Below, piece after piece: positions 18,402-29,175 of a DNA stretch of 41,478 bases. A model generated the notes under the pieces. That model did no database searches, was not told where the DNA came from, and saw nothing but the letters and a program-made list of their open reading frames with translations. How positions within the stretch are numbered: the stretch's first letter is position 1; each line of letters opens with the position of its first letter. A program made the translations under genes and the position numbers. Source of the DNA: a virus (lineage: Duplodnaviria > Caudoviricetes); IMG/VR virus record IMGVR_UViG_3300030376_002734, positions 1 to 41,478 of that record. One strand, written 5' to 3'.

Positions 18402-21400
18402 TAGATCGTATACGTTACGTTTGAAGCAATAGAATCAGGCTTATCAATAATAATCTCAGATACCCTTACTGTATAAGCTTTATTTGCTAGAGGAGTAAAT
18501 CTAAGTTGAGAACTTGAACCAGCAATATTCATATCTGTGGAACGAATATCACGAGTAGCATCTGCTGCAGTAGATAAGTTATTATATTTGGTGTAGTTAC
18601 TATTACCACCCCAAGCATTTGCAGCAACTATAAAGACAGAATATTTACTGTCCGTTGTATTATGTATTTCAACATGGTATCTAGCAGACGTGTAATTGGA
18701 ATAACTCTTAGATGAAATAATGGTTGAAACTGGTGACCCATTAGCAACTATGTCAGTCCTAGTTCCATCTAACTTAGAATCTCCAACTTCAAGACCTGCA
18801 AGAGGTATTCCTGTTCCAGCAACAGTTGTAGCAACACCAACTACTGATGTTAGAGTTGAAACTGTAATTGCAGTATTAGCAGGGGCTGTGAAATTCAATT
18901 TCAATACATTACTAGCAACTGTAGGTAGGAATGTACCACAATCTGTTCCAGCGTCCATAGTACCGAAGTTGGTATATTGTAGGTTGTTAGCACCATCTAC
19001 CAACCATGTATACTCATCAATCTCTTTTTCACCTGTTGATTTAGCAGCAACAGTTATAGATCCAGACTTGAATTTAGTTGTATCAATATCAAGAAGACTC
19101 TTAGTAGGAGGTGAACCTGCTGCAGCGATAGAAGAAGTAACACCGATCTTCTTCAAGTTTCCATGAGATGTTTGACCAGTACCAACTGCCTGACCCATAA
19201 CTTCCTTATAGAAGGTTATGTCATAAGTGTAGACATTGTTATATGGTGTGAAGGTAACAGAACAAAGATTACCACTTGTTGAAGTAGAAAACTCACCCAA
19301 ATCAAAGGAATCAGAAACCTCTGAATAAGTGTTCATAAATCCAGTTGTACTGTCATGAGAAACAACAAACTCTGAATACTGAGCAACGTTGAAACTTATT
19401 CCTAATGAAGTATCAAGAACCACCTGAGCATAGTATTTGATAGCACTAACAGTACCCATATCAAACACATCAATCTCTACAGAATTGATTAGATCTGGAT
19501 CATTATAGAAATCAGGACTAATATCATCTATCTCTAGAACTCTATTAGTCTTACATAAGATAGAATCACCTGCTCTAAATGAGTTGAATACTATCTCATT
19601 ACTCAATGACTGTAATGAATCAGTATTCTCACTAACAAGATCGTGCTGATGTTTGCAGTCAATATCTGCATATGAGTTGATCAATACAACATTATCAATA
19701 CCAGCAGAACTACCAACCTGAACACTAGCACCAGTACCAACAGGTTGTGAATTGATTAGTAAATCAGAATGCTTCTTGAATCCAGCAATATGTGCCAATG
19801 AATCAACTGGTTCACTCCATGAGGAAATGCCAACAAAACTCTTCAATGAATATGCAAAGTTCTGATAGTAATCATTATCTTGTACTCTCTGATAGAATTC
19901 ACTTAGTTTACCAGTATCTTTCTCCCATCCAATTCCCTTCTCAATACTACTATCAACTTCAAAGTAACCTTCATAGTCATCCATTGATTCGATAGTACCA
20001 CCAGCAAGAGAATATCTACCCCTTACTTTGTCTCCTGTATGCAAACCAACTAAACTACTTACACGTAGTACACTTAGTTTCTTACCATTTCCTGTGATAA
20101 CATCTACATCATCATTCAATGGTTCACCATCTAGGAACTTACCTTCAGTTAGACCTAAACTAAACTTAGCAATATCCTTATCATTAGATACAGATCCAAA
20201 TTTCTGGAAATCATGGAAACCAGGATCTTGGTCTACTTTGTAAGTAATAGTAGCAGAATCAATCTGACCAAAGGCAGTATTGATACCAGTTAGAGTAAAA
20301 CTCGTATATTCATGCTCTGCAGAATTGAAACCAAGACCAGAACTTACACCAACGTTCTCAACAAATACCTTATCACCTACAGCAAATGGTAATGGATTTG
20401 TTGTAGTAAATCCTGTATTAGGTGTCTGTAACTTCAGTGTTACATTAGGTGATGCGTAAGTTGCACTTACAATACCAACACCATTACTATTATCAACAGA
20501 AATCAATTCACTATCGCCAGGTGCCAAATTACCACCTGCAGTAATAATTCTAACAGAACCAACTGCACCACCACTCAGTTCTACTGAGAACTTTGCATCA
20601 TTGTTAGTTGTATTTGTCTTTCTATTATAAACAACCAAATTAGGTGCTGTGATATACTTCTTACCAGTAGAAGTAATAGCAACACTATCTACAGCATAGT
20701 TGTCTTTCAAGAATACTACTTGTGAAACTTCTGCTTCTGGTCTTAGTGTTTTATCCGATGGATACTCATATCCAAAATCAACAACTTGTACATTACTCAA
20801 ACCACCAATATCTAAACCAAATGGTGAGAATGCAGCAGATGATCCTGTAGTAGATGCAACTGAGATATTAGGAAGGTCTTTATATAAAAATCCTCCAGAT
20901 GTTAGTTGTACTTTACCAACTGCACCTGTAGTATTCTTAGATGTAGTTGTACAAGTTAGTTGAGATATACTGGTATATCCTACTCTTTCTGGTTTATCAA
21001 ATATATTGAATTGGTAGGTATTAGCAGTAGTACTAGTAATACTATGTCTTCCTGTATACTTACTTGTATTGACTATAATCTTAGAATAATCAACAATATC
21101 TTTATTAATCTCTATAACATCAAATCCCTGTATAGTTTTCAACCTATAATAGAGAACTGATGGTACTTGTTCTGTGAAATGAACTCTTGTCTTACCACCA
21201 GTAATACCTGGTTGTATTGGAGTAGTAACTTCAATAGCAGATACACCAGAACCAACAAACTGTTTCTTATAATCTTGATCTAAGAAGAATTCTAACTCAG
21301 TATTGATAAGAGTATTACTTGAGGTATCAAATTCTAAAGTATCACCTATAGTGACCTCTAAAGGTGGGTTTACAGAAGAACCTATACTTACAAACCTTGT

Positions 21401-24400
21401 CACAGAGTTATATGTCATAGCAACTGCACTAGTAGCAGAAGATACGACTGTAAGATCTATAACATCATCAGGTCTTAGAGTATGATTTTGTTGAGTAGTT
21501 ACTGCAACACCAACCATCTCTATTGTTCCTGTTACAGCACCTCTTTGTGTCTCAAATCGATGAGTATTACCAATACCAGTATTAGTATCGAACATGACTC
21601 TTTGGAGATCAGATCCAATACCACTTTGAGTAGTTACAATACCAATAGTATCATTAGAAATTACCTGAACATATACTTCTGGTGGTAATGGTCTCTTGAA
21701 TCCAGTATTGACACGTTTCATCGCATCAGTCTGATATGTCAGTGACGTACCAGCACCAGGACTATAAAGAAGTTTCTCACCATGCCTAAACTCATGAGGT
21801 GTGTATATTGATCTTGTAGGAATATTCCTAGATTGACCTCTAACTGTAATTGTATGTGCAATACCTGGTCCAAATGTCAGTCCTATACCAACATCTTTAG
21901 ATCCATCAAAGTATTTGATAACATCCTTTACATTATCTGCATTAAAGTTATTCTTTAGATCATATGTAAATTCTTTTTCTAATCTTACAATATTAGATCC
22001 GAATGTATGTGCAGCAGCAACTGAACCGTTTTGTGCTCTTATAAGATCTAGTTTATTATTGTAAACATCAAAATTATAGATCTTTAATTGTTCTGCATCA
22101 ATAAGAACAATATCATCGATCTCAAATTTCTTGGCTTTAGTTACATCTGGAAGATATTCACTTAGTAATATACTGGTAGTTACACCTAAAGCATCCATAG
22201 TAACACCAAGACCAGTCTTTACAACTCTTGATCTTAGTCTTGTTATCGCTTCAAGTCCAGTATGGGTATTAGTTGATATACCAGAAATTTTTACCCATGA
22301 ATTATTTGATATTCCATGAGGAGTAGTAGTAAATCCAGTTACTGTAGCATCTCCACTAGTAGTGAGAACTACATCTTCAAAAGTTGTAATTTGTGTAGAT
22401 AATGAATCTATTGCTGGAGCTACTATTTCACTAACGTGACCAACAGCACCAAAACCATCAGTATCAGTGTTATCAAAGGTAAGAGTATCGCCAACATTAT
22501 ATGCTTCACCACCAGAAATGATATTGACCTCATCCAATGCTCCATCACTTATACCCAAAACTTGTGCATTGAATACTGTGTTCTTACCTGCATTGGTAGT
22601 AAACTCATATTCAGGAAGATTGTATGAATTAGTATTTCTTACTAAACCTAACTTGATTGGATCTAACTTTTGATTAGTATCCTCATCAATGTTATATTCA
22701 TCTAACTTTGAATTATAACTATCACCAACAACATAAGGGAATTCTGGTTTCCTAACTCCATTGAAAGGATCTGATGGGTTGGTAGTTAGATTCTGATCAA
22801 GAGTTGTATAGTAAGCATATATCCCATTTGGATATTCTGGTGTGGCAGCAAATCTACCATTATGCTCATCTAAGTCACCAAATCCTTCAGTATAAGTGAA
22901 ATCCTCTACAAAGAATCCAGCAGGGAACTTAGTAATACTAGGACCATCTGGTCTTTGTCCAGATAATTTCTTATAACTCGATTCGATGTATTTGAGTGAA
23001 CCATCTACATTTGCATAAGGTCCATATATCGGATTACCATCATAAGCATATCCTAGGATCGGAGAATGTACTATTCCATTATCATTCTTGAATTCTCTTA
23101 GTTTTCTTGGAACATAATAGTTGACATATGGATTACCTAATGTTTCATCAGTTAGAACTTCATAGAAACCATCATCTTCTTTGACATCCCCAAACTTAGC
23201 ATATCTCTCAACTTGGTTTACATTCCAAGTCTTGATATTACTTGAGAATATAGAATCCTTACCTGGTGTTCTGGCAATACATGTTGTACCTGCCTGAGTA
23301 TATCCCATACCCTTCTCAATCATAGCAATACTGATTATCTTTCCACCAGATATTATTGCCTTTGCTTTAGCACCAGTACCATCACCATTGATTATTATAT
23401 CTGGTGTACTAAAGAAATTCTTACCACCATCTTTCAATACTATCTGATCAATTTGTCCATTGACGATAAGTGGTTGGAGATATGCATCCTTACCAAGCAC
23501 AATATCTACAACAGGTACCAACTTATCGTTAATAACAGTAGATCCATAACCAGTACCAGCAGTTTCTACATGTACACTACTAATCTTACCTCTTATAATC
23601 GGACTTGCTGATGCAGCAGCAGTTGTTATACCCTGTCTACCATCAATAGTTATAGAAATATCTGGATCTTTGAATGTATGACTACCACTACCAGAATTAC
23701 CTATATTCACATAGTTTGATAGATCTTTCTTAGTAGATACCCTAAATGAGTCATCATCTACCTTGATAACATAGTATTCTTTATTATTTGTTAAGTTTCC
23801 AGCAACACTAGCAGCAGAATACTTAACAATTTCTCCAGAAAGGAACCCATGATTAGGTATATTGATCAAATCAATGTGATGATTTATCTTTGAAGAAGGA
23901 ATAACTAACCTTCTATTCTTGACCGTACCACCACTTACAACAAGAACCTTATCAACTATTTGTCTCCTATCAGTAGTTGTAAATTTCTGAATGCCTCCAC
24001 CATTGGTGGTGAATGGCATTGAACCAACACCTGCAAGTGCATCTGCTTCAGTTTCGGCTATATGAATATTGAAATCATCTAACTTGATAACAAAATAAGG
24101 TGCAGAATCTACTAAGTTACCTGGCGTTATACCAATACCTATCGTTGTAGTGCCACCACTTGAATATATGACTTTCTCAGCATTCTTTAGACCATGTGGG
24201 CTTGTGAATACAAATCTATTAGTATGTGTATTGAGAACCCCACCAGATGAAGTACTATCAAACTCAACCACTTGAGGTTGAATCTTCATCTTTGCTTTTA
24301 CTATAACGTCTTTATTATTACCACCAATGAAATTGACATTAGGGATCTCTTCGTAGTCAAGTCCTTTACTATCAACTAAAACTTCTGTTAATGTACCTTC

Positions 24401-26596
24401 AACTTGTGCTATACATGTTGCAGAACTTACTCCAGTAGTATGTCCATCCTGAGTAATAGACAAAGTAGGTGGATTAACTACATCATATTCCGAACCCTGA
24501 TTGAGTACTTCTATAGTTTCTAAAGGTCCATGATAAACCTTATCGGTTGCTTTATATGAGTATATTTCTACGCCATTAGCAAACAATCCTACTGGTCCTT
24601 GAACTGTTTTTGTCTTTATAGATCCAAATTCAGGTTGCTTGAATCTCCTAAGAATCTTTTGTGCACCCAGATCGGTACCGTAAACGGTCTGTGGGGTCAG
24701 TGTATGAGTAGATATACCAGATAGGTCATCACCCTCAAAAACATTGATAAACTGCCCTCTACGGACGTTATCAGCAGAATACGATAATGAAAGTGTATTC
24801 TGATCATGTGACTTGACATAATATGGAACTCTATCATCTAAATTTGATAATGTTCCTATACCAGACACATAAGAATATACAACTAGATCACCATCATTGA
24901 AATTATGATTAGGTGAATATAGTCTAGTAGTAGTTGCTGCAACAGCAACATTATCAAAGGTTCTTATACGTTTTTGTGGGTCAATATTCCAAGAAGGTAG
25001 ACTATTTGATGCAACATATACTTCATTCTCATTATTAGAATAAGAATTCTGAACATCAGCAGTATATCCAAGTTGAGTCTTTACAACCCTTCTAAAATAA
25101 TATACCTTAGTCAAATCTAAGGTAGTAGTACTAATTTCTAGAATTTTATCAGATACAATACCAGTTATAGTACCAGGTACTACTACATTATCTTCATCAA
25201 CTACCTCAATAACATCATCTACAAATAAACTATGATTTTGGTTTAGTTCAAACCTATAGTTACCAGGTGCAACAAGTGTAATTCCAAAAATACTGTACTT
25301 AGAAGCAGTATTATGAATAAAGGTTGACCATCTATTATCCTTCTGCTCTTTACCTAAACTCTTTACATTGATACTACTTTCTTCTTGTTGATTTGAAGCA
25401 GATCCTACAAACTTATTAAGAACACCCAATACGTTTAGATCTACCCTCTTACTAAGATCACCATTCTCGTATGAGTAGGCAGTCAAACCAGCAGTTACAG
25501 TTGATCCAATACCACAAGGTGCAGTTATACTCGATACACCTAAGAACTGAGTATAATTCTTATCGGTATATTTGAATACCCTATCTTCAAAACTTACAGT
25601 TCCAGTAGTACCAAAACCTACAGTAGAATCAACGTTTAGGATAGTTCCACCTGAAGGTGTGCTTTGAGTCAAGAAGGTTTTACCTGCTTGCTCAAATTTA
25701 CCTAGAGTTGTACCTTTAGATAAAGCAACTTTATAATAAGTCTTATTAGCAACAACACAACGTTCTACATTATAGATAGATCCACTAGTTTGTACAGGTG
25801 TAGTGTCCTGTATTAGACTCTGACCCTCAATACTTAATGGGTCACCATTCACTACATCACATACTAAAATATCATTTACAATATAATCCGCATCTGATGG
25901 TCTTACTAAGTACTTGGATGGTTGAACCATCTCAACTGGTTCACCATACAACGCACCAAACAATATCTTGAATGCTTCTTCTGTACCCTTAGACTTATAG
26001 AAATCCTTTGCCTGTCTAATAAAATTAGATTGGTTTAGTTCTTCATTTAGAGGTCTTTCGGAGAATCCTGGTAAGAATTGTACCTTTAGTTTCTTGAGAA
26101 ACTCCTTTAGAAATATATTACTGAGGTTTGTTACCCTTGATTCTGCACGATGTGTTCCAATACCTGTTGCAGTAAAGGTTAGGTATTCTGGAGCATTAGT
26201 CTTATTATTCTTCTCTATACCACTAAAACCCCTAACACATCCAGTGAAAGAAGTACTACTGATACCAGTATAAGTTATTATCTCATCATTTATCTTCAGC
26301 AATCCCCATTGTCTAGGCCAACCCTTAGTAGAATCAACATAGATCGTAGAATCTAAACCATTTGCATACGAGGTTACAGACGTAAACCCAGTCATCACCT
26401 CATTATTGAGATAATCTAGTTGCTTATACTCTACAAGATTATCAGCGATATCAATTGTACCGCCTTGGAATTCCTGAGAGATATAATATTGTTTTAGAAA
26501 TTCGCCAAAGTAAGGATTTTCATCACCAACATACTGGGGTATCTGGCTCTGAATTACTTCGTTTATCTTTACTTTTGTGAATGATGTTGTGATCAT
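18401..26596 (-). CDS. gp7: Baseplate wedge initiator gp7-like, N-terminal part
   Basis: 2731 aa right after gp6; FLKQYYISQE, FYKSKGTEEAFKILF.ALYG, HSPILGYAYDGNPIYGPY, DLDEHNGRF..TPEYPNG.YAYY (YHYH-like), QDNDYYQNFAYSLKS...HIAGFK. Confidence 0.8.
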   Translation of the reverse strand: MITTSFTKVKINEVIQSQIPQYVGDENPYFGEFLKQYYISQEFQGGTIDIADNLVEYKQLDYLNNEVMTGFTSVTSYANGLDSTIYVDSTKGWPRQWGLLKINDEIITYTGISSTSFTGCVRGFSGIEKNNKTNAPEYLTFTATGIGTHRAESRVTNLSNIFLKEFLKKLKVQFLPGFSERPLNEELNQSNFIRQAKDFYKSKGTEEAFKILFGALYGEPVEMVQPSKYLVRPSDADYIVNDILVCDVVNGDPLSIEGQSLIQDTTPVQTSGSIYNVERCVVANKTYYKVALSKGTTLGKFEQAGKTFLTQSTPSGGTILNVDSTVGFGTTGTVSFEDRVFKYTDKNYTQFLGVSSITAPCGIGSTVTAGLTAYSYENGDLSKRVDLNVLGVLNKFVGSASNQQEESSINVKSLGKEQKDNRWSTFIHNTASKYSIFGITLVAPGNYRFELNQNHSLFVDDVIEVVDEDNVVVPGTITGIVSDKILEISTTTLDLTKVYYFRRVVKTQLGYTADVQNSYSNNENEVYVASNSLPSWNIDPQKRIRTFDNVAVAATTTRLYSPNHNFNDGDLVVYSYVSGIGTLSNLDDRVPYYVKSHDQNTLSLSYSADNVRRGQFINVFEGDDLSGISTHTLTPQTVYGTDLGAQKILRRFKQPEFGSIKTKTVQGPVGLFANGVEIYSYKATDKVYHGPLETIEVLNQGSEYDVVNPPTLSITQDGHTTGVSSATCIAQVEGTLTEVLVDSKGLDYEEIPNVNFIGGNNKDVIVKAKMKIQPQVVEFDSTSSGGVLNTHTNRFVFTSPHGLKNAEKVIYSSGGTTTIGIGITPGNLVDSAPYFVIKLDDFNIHIAETEADALAGVGSMPFTTNGGGIQKFTTTDRRQIVDKVLVVSGGTVKNRRLVIPSSKINHHIDLINIPNHGFLSGEIVKYSAASVAGNLTNNKEYYVIKVDDDSFRVSTKKDLSNYVNIGNSGSGSHTFKDPDISITIDGRQGITTAAASASPIIRGKISSVHVETAGTGYGSTVINDKLVPVVDIVLGKDAYLQPLIVNGQIDQIVLKDGGKNFFSTPDIIINGDGTGAKAKAIISGGKIISIAMIEKGMGYTQAGTTCIARTPGKDSIFSSNIKTWNVNQVERYAKFGDVKEDDGFYEVLTDETLGNPYVNYYVPRKLREFKNDNGIVHSPILGYAYDGNPIYGPYANVDGSLKYIESSYKKLSGQRPDGPSITKFPAGFFVEDFTYTEGFGDLDEHNGRFAATPEYPNGIYAYYTTLDQNLTTNPSDPFNGVRKPEFPYVVGDSYNSKLDEYNIDEDTNQKLDPIKLGLVRNTNSYNLPEYEFTTNAGKNTVFNAQVLGISDGALDEVNIISGGEAYNVGDTLTFDNTDTDGFGAVGHVSEIVAPAIDSLSTQITTFEDVVLTTSGDATVTGFTTTPHGISNNSWVKISGISTNTHTGLEAITRLRSRVVKTGLGVTMDALGVTTSILLSEYLPDVTKAKKFEIDDIVLIDAEQLKIYNFDVYNNKLDLIRAQNGSVAAAHTFGSNIVRLEKEFTYDLKNNFNADNVKDVIKYFDGSKDVGIGLTFGPGIAHTITVRGQSRNIPTRSIYTPHEFRHGEKLLYSPGAGTSLTYQTDAMKRVNTGFKRPLPPEVYVQVISNDTIGIVTTQSGIGSDLQRVMFDTNTGIGNTHRFETQRGAVTGTIEMVGVAVTTQQNHTLRPDDVIDLTVVSSATSAVAMTYNSVTRFVSIGSSVNPPLEVTIGDTLEFDTSSNTLINTELEFFLDQDYKKQFVGSGVSAIEVTTPIQPGITGGKTRVHFTEQVPSVLYYRLKTIQGFDVIEINKDIVDYSKIIVNTSKYTGRHSITSTTANTYQFNIFDKPERVGYTSISQLTCTTTSKNTTGAVGKVQLTSGGFLYKDLPNISVASTTGSSAAFSPFGLDIGGLSNVQVVDFGYEYPSDKTLRPEAEVSQVVFLKDNYAVDSVAITSTGKKYITAPNLVVYNRKTNTTNNDAKFSVELSGGAVGSVRIITAGGNLAPGDSELISVDNSNGVGIVSATYASPNVTLKLQTPNTGFTTTNPLPFAVGDKVFVENVGVSSGLGFNSAEHEYTSFTLTGINTAFGQIDSATITYKVDQDPGFHDFQKFGSVSNDKDIAKFSLGLTEGKFLDGEPLNDDVDVITGNGKKLSVLRVSSLVGLHTGDKVRGRYSLAGGTIESMDDYEGYFEVDSSIEKGIGWEKDTGKLSEFYQRVQDNDYYQNFAYSLKSFVGISSWSEPVDSLAHIAGFKKHSDLLINSQPVGTGASVQVGSSAGIDNVVLINSYADIDCKHQHDLVSENTDSLQSLSNEIVFNSFRAGDSILCKTNRVLEIDDISPDFYNDPDLINSVEIDVFDMGTVSAIKYYAQVVLDTSLGISFNVAQYSEFVVSHDSTTGFMNTYSEVSDSFDLGEFSTSTSGNLCSVTFTPYNNVYTYDITFYKEVMGQAVGTGQTSHGNLKKIGVTSSIAAAGSPPTKSLLDIDTTKFKSGSITVAAKSTGEKEIDEYTWLVDGANNLQYTNFGTMDAGTDCGTFLPTVASNVLKLNFTAPANTAITVSTLTSVVGVATTVAGTGIPLAGLEVGDSKLDGTRTDIVANGSPVSTIISSKSYSNYTSARYHVEIHNTTDSKYSVFIVAANAWGGNSNYTKYNNLSTAADATRDIRSTDMNIAGSSSQLRFTPLANKAYTVRVSEIIIDKPDSIASNVTYTI

Positions 26597-26615
26597 TAGG
26601 TAGTTGCCGTAGTAG

Positions 26616-26622
26616 TATTTAC
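26616..26622 (-). promoter_or_regulatory. Late promoter variant GTAAATA
   Basis: Overlaps gp6 stop, 20 nt upstream of gp7 ATG, same geometry as the other sites. Confidence 0.45.
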
Positions 26623-28502
26623 CCTCTTATTTTTTCGCCATTTGTGTAACTAGATTGAATATTGAATCTAGTACCAGATGTATTAGCACCTGAAGCGATG
26701 GAGTCTTCTCTCATGTAGAAATTGCTATTAGCAACAGAGAATTGTAAATACAACTCTTTTCTTGCAAGAACATCGTTAGATTCAGGTATTGCCTGTACTT
26801 CAACAATGTTATTTGGTTTAACAGTACTGGTTATGTTTGCAGTATTGATAACTACCTCACCTTTCTTATAATCAACAGTTCCAAATGAACTGGATAGAAC
26901 AGTTGCTGTATTATCAGCAGCAAGAGAGAACAAGAATAAATTGCCCTTAGTTGTTCCAGCAATACGTATATCCGAGAAATAAACAGTCTCAGATATGCCA
27001 CTTACAGTAAATCCAGTAGATTTGATGTTATAAGCATCTGCTCCTATATGAAACTCATTATCAAAACATAATTCATATTGTGTCCATTGGTTGATCTGTG
27101 CTGGTAAATCTCTTCTAATTCTTACCGTAGTAATATTTGAAGTAATTGTAGTACTTACATTGTCAATAAGTGATAGAACCTTACTGTATTTGAATCTGCC
27201 ACCAAACTTATTCAATTCGGGACCAGATGCAAATGCTGCTAATGAACTAACAACATCTGTCTTCATATTCTCTGGATCTCCTACAAAGTTTGCATTGTAG
27301 TAAACCCAACTATCAACTTCAACATATAAGAACTTCAAGTCAACCATAGTAGGTAAAATACCTGCTACAGAATAGTTCTTTAGAGAACTAAGTATCTGCT
27401 TCTTAGTGAATTCAGATAAGAATGATCCGTTCTTTGGTTTAGCAGCAATGTAAACCTGACCATACTTAGGAGGAGTAAGTTCCTCACCACCAAAAGCACT
27501 TATAGATTCTATATTTGGATATACAGAAGGTACAATTGCTTCATAATCACTTGCAGTAACTGCCCTATGTTGTGTTGAGTATAACCTAGGAGCATAGTAC
27601 CTAACACTCTGCAAATTCTCTATATCATCCCCATTTTCAGATGGATAACTAGGAATTATAGTAGCACTGAAATCAGTTACTAATGCATCATCCTGATCTA
27701 ACAAAGTACCAGTAAATGTTAGACGAGATACCCCGTTACCATCCTTACCATTGGTCTTGATGTATGAAACATCAATTACATTACCGTTAGATAATTTATT
27801 TCCAAATATACCATCGCCAAATAATACCTCATACTTCTCATCACTTGTTTCTTGAATCAAGTAAATCTTAGAGGTTGAGGTAATTCCGAGAATATTATCA
27901 ACTAATGAATATTCTTCAATTGTGGTACTTGATGAATTTTCCCTTACGTTTACACGTATAGTTGAGGTATCAATACCATCGTTAGGTAAAATGAACCTCT
28001 GATTCGGTTGCGAGTCATCGATAACAAATGCATTGGACAGATATTGTCCTTGATATACCTTGATGATACCTTCAGCTTCACCATTCAGTGCAGTTCCAGT
28101 AACTTGTTCGGGTATAGAAAAGACATAATTTACACTATCAACATTACCATTGCCGATAATGCCAGGTTCAAACTTGAGAGTAGTAGCTGCTGATGGTAGA
28201 TCTGATATGTTATAACTTACGTCCGTTACTGCTGCTCTTCTTGATCTAGGGACATATCCTATATTTCTTGCTAATGATACTACATTCTCTCTCAAAGTCG
28301 CACTATCAATAAATGTCTCATTGACAACCATATTGGTGTTATAGGCTGTACTGTATGAGTTATATGCTAATAGATTGATTAGTATAGAAAGGTTTGATCC
28401 CTCAAAGTCCATATCAGTGAACTTAGAGTTCTCTCTGACATAATCCTTGATGGAACTTTTTATATCCTCAAAATTTAGGTTTGTAAACTGTTGAAGTGCC
28501 AT
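26619..28502 (-). CDS. gp6: Baseplate wedge subunit gp6
   Basis: LNFEDIKSSIKDY, DFEGSNLSIL..LLAYN, FIDSATLRENVVSLARNIGYVPRS, FGDGIFG, RAVTASDYE, GGEELTPPKYGQVYI. Confidence 0.95.
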   Translation of the reverse strand: MALQQFTNLNFEDIKSSIKDYVRENSKFTDMDFEGSNLSILINLLAYNSYSTAYNTNMVVNETFIDSATLRENVVSLARNIGYVPRSRRAAVTDVSYNISDLPSAATTLKFEPGIIGNGNVDSVNYVFSIPEQVTGTALNGEAEGIIKVYQGQYLSNAFVIDDSQPNQRFILPNDGIDTSTIRVNVRENSSSTTIEEYSLVDNILGITSTSKIYLIQETSDEKYEVLFGDGIFGNKLSNGNVIDVSYIKTNGKDGNGVSRLTFTGTLLDQDDALVTDFSATIIPSYPSENGDDIENLQSVRYYAPRLYSTQHRAVTASDYEAIVPSVYPNIESISAFGGEELTPPKYGQVYIAAKPKNGSFLSEFTKKQILSSLKNYSVAGILPTMVDLKFLYVEVDSWVYYNANFVGDPENMKTDVVSSLAAFASGPELNKFGGRFKYSKVLSLIDNVSTTITSNITTVRIRRDLPAQINQWTQYELCFDNEFHIGADAYNIKSTGFTVSGISETVYFSDIRIAGTTKGNLFLFSLAADNTATVLSSSFGTVDYKKGEVVINTANITSTVKPNNIVEVQAIPESNDVLARKELYLQFSVANSNFYMREDSIASGANTSGTRFNIQSSYTNGEKIRG

Positions 28503-28906
28503 TATAATCTTGTTGGTTCGAGTATAAAGTTGACGGTTTGTGTTGGTGACGATAAACCAACAATATCGTATTCTATGCTTATATCTAAAGCATTATCATC
28601 AGGAGTTGCCTGAACACCTATTCCTGTCAATCTGACTCTGGGTTCATGGTTAGTGATAGTTAGTTCTATCTCTGTCCTTATAGGATCAATAAAATCCGAG
28701 GTTGAAAGTTCAAATAAAGAACCCTCAATCCTAGTACCGATCAACCTATTAAAGAATATTTCACCTACTTGTATGCGTACTAAATTTTGCACAGCACGTT
28801 TGATAGCGTCCTCATTTTTCAAGACAAGTATATCATTAGTAACGGGATGTCTCTTGAAGGATAATGAAATATCCTTAAATCCCCTTGAGAATGTTTGTGC
28901 TGGCAC
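28502..28906 (-). CDS. gp25: Baseplate wedge subunit gp25
   Basis: FKDISLSF.RHPVTND, NEDAIKRAVQNL, GEIFF, LFE, NHEPRV; directly upstream of gp6. Confidence 0.95.
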   Translation of the reverse strand: MPAQTFSRGFKDISLSFKRHPVTNDILVLKNEDAIKRAVQNLVRIQVGEIFFNRLIGTRIEGSLFELSTSDFIDPIRTEIELTITNHEPRVRLTGIGVQATPDDNALDISIEYDIVGLSSPTQTVNFILEPTRL

Positions 28907-28926
28907 CAGTTTCCAGAATCTTGGTA

Positions 28927-28940
28927 TATTTATTATTTAT
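28927..28940 (-). promoter_or_regulatory. Tandem late promoters ATAAATA-ATAAATA
   Basis: Two abutting copies (28927-28933, 28934-28940) upstream of gp25. Confidence 0.7.
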
Positions 28941-28948
28941 TGCGGAAT

Positions 28949-29134
28949 TTAATAGTCATCTTCATGACCAAGGTACTTAACCTCTACTATGTCTGGATGG
29001 GGGTAACCACATGAATAAAATTCGTCTGCTAGATCTTGGGTAACGTCCAACATCTCGTCTTCATCTATTCCTTCTCGTATGATTACTCCCTCAACGTAGA
29101 TATTATACAACTCATGCATCGTTGAGATAGTCAT
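28949..29134 (-). CDS. Small acidic hypothetical protein
   Basis: 61 aa (start may be the second Met); YNIY...QDLADEFY..GYP.P motif recalled from small genes upstream of gp25 in cyanophages. Confidence 0.7.
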   Translation of the reverse strand: MTISTMHELYNIYVEGVIIREGIDEDEMLDVTQDLADEFYSCGYPHPDIVEVKYLGHEDDY

Positions 29135-29148
29135 TTTTGACTATGTAT

Positions 29149-29175
29149 AAAAAAAGGATCCCTTTAGAGGATCCT
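29149..29175 (-). terminator. Intrinsic terminator closing the enzyme island
   Basis: Minus-strand RNA AGGAUCCU-CUAAA-GGGAUCCU followed by a U run; the upstream stop codon lies in the loop. Confidence 0.8.

Noticed and set aside
18395-18405. Programmed frameshift or intron at the gp7 split
   Set aside because: No slippery heptamer or intervening sequence; simple TAATG coupling explains it.
804-28952. Many plus-strand ORFs opposite the structural genes
   Set aside because: Antisense shadows of genes with biased codon use; Val/Pro/Leu-rich translations, no motifs, fully overlapping well-supported minus genes.
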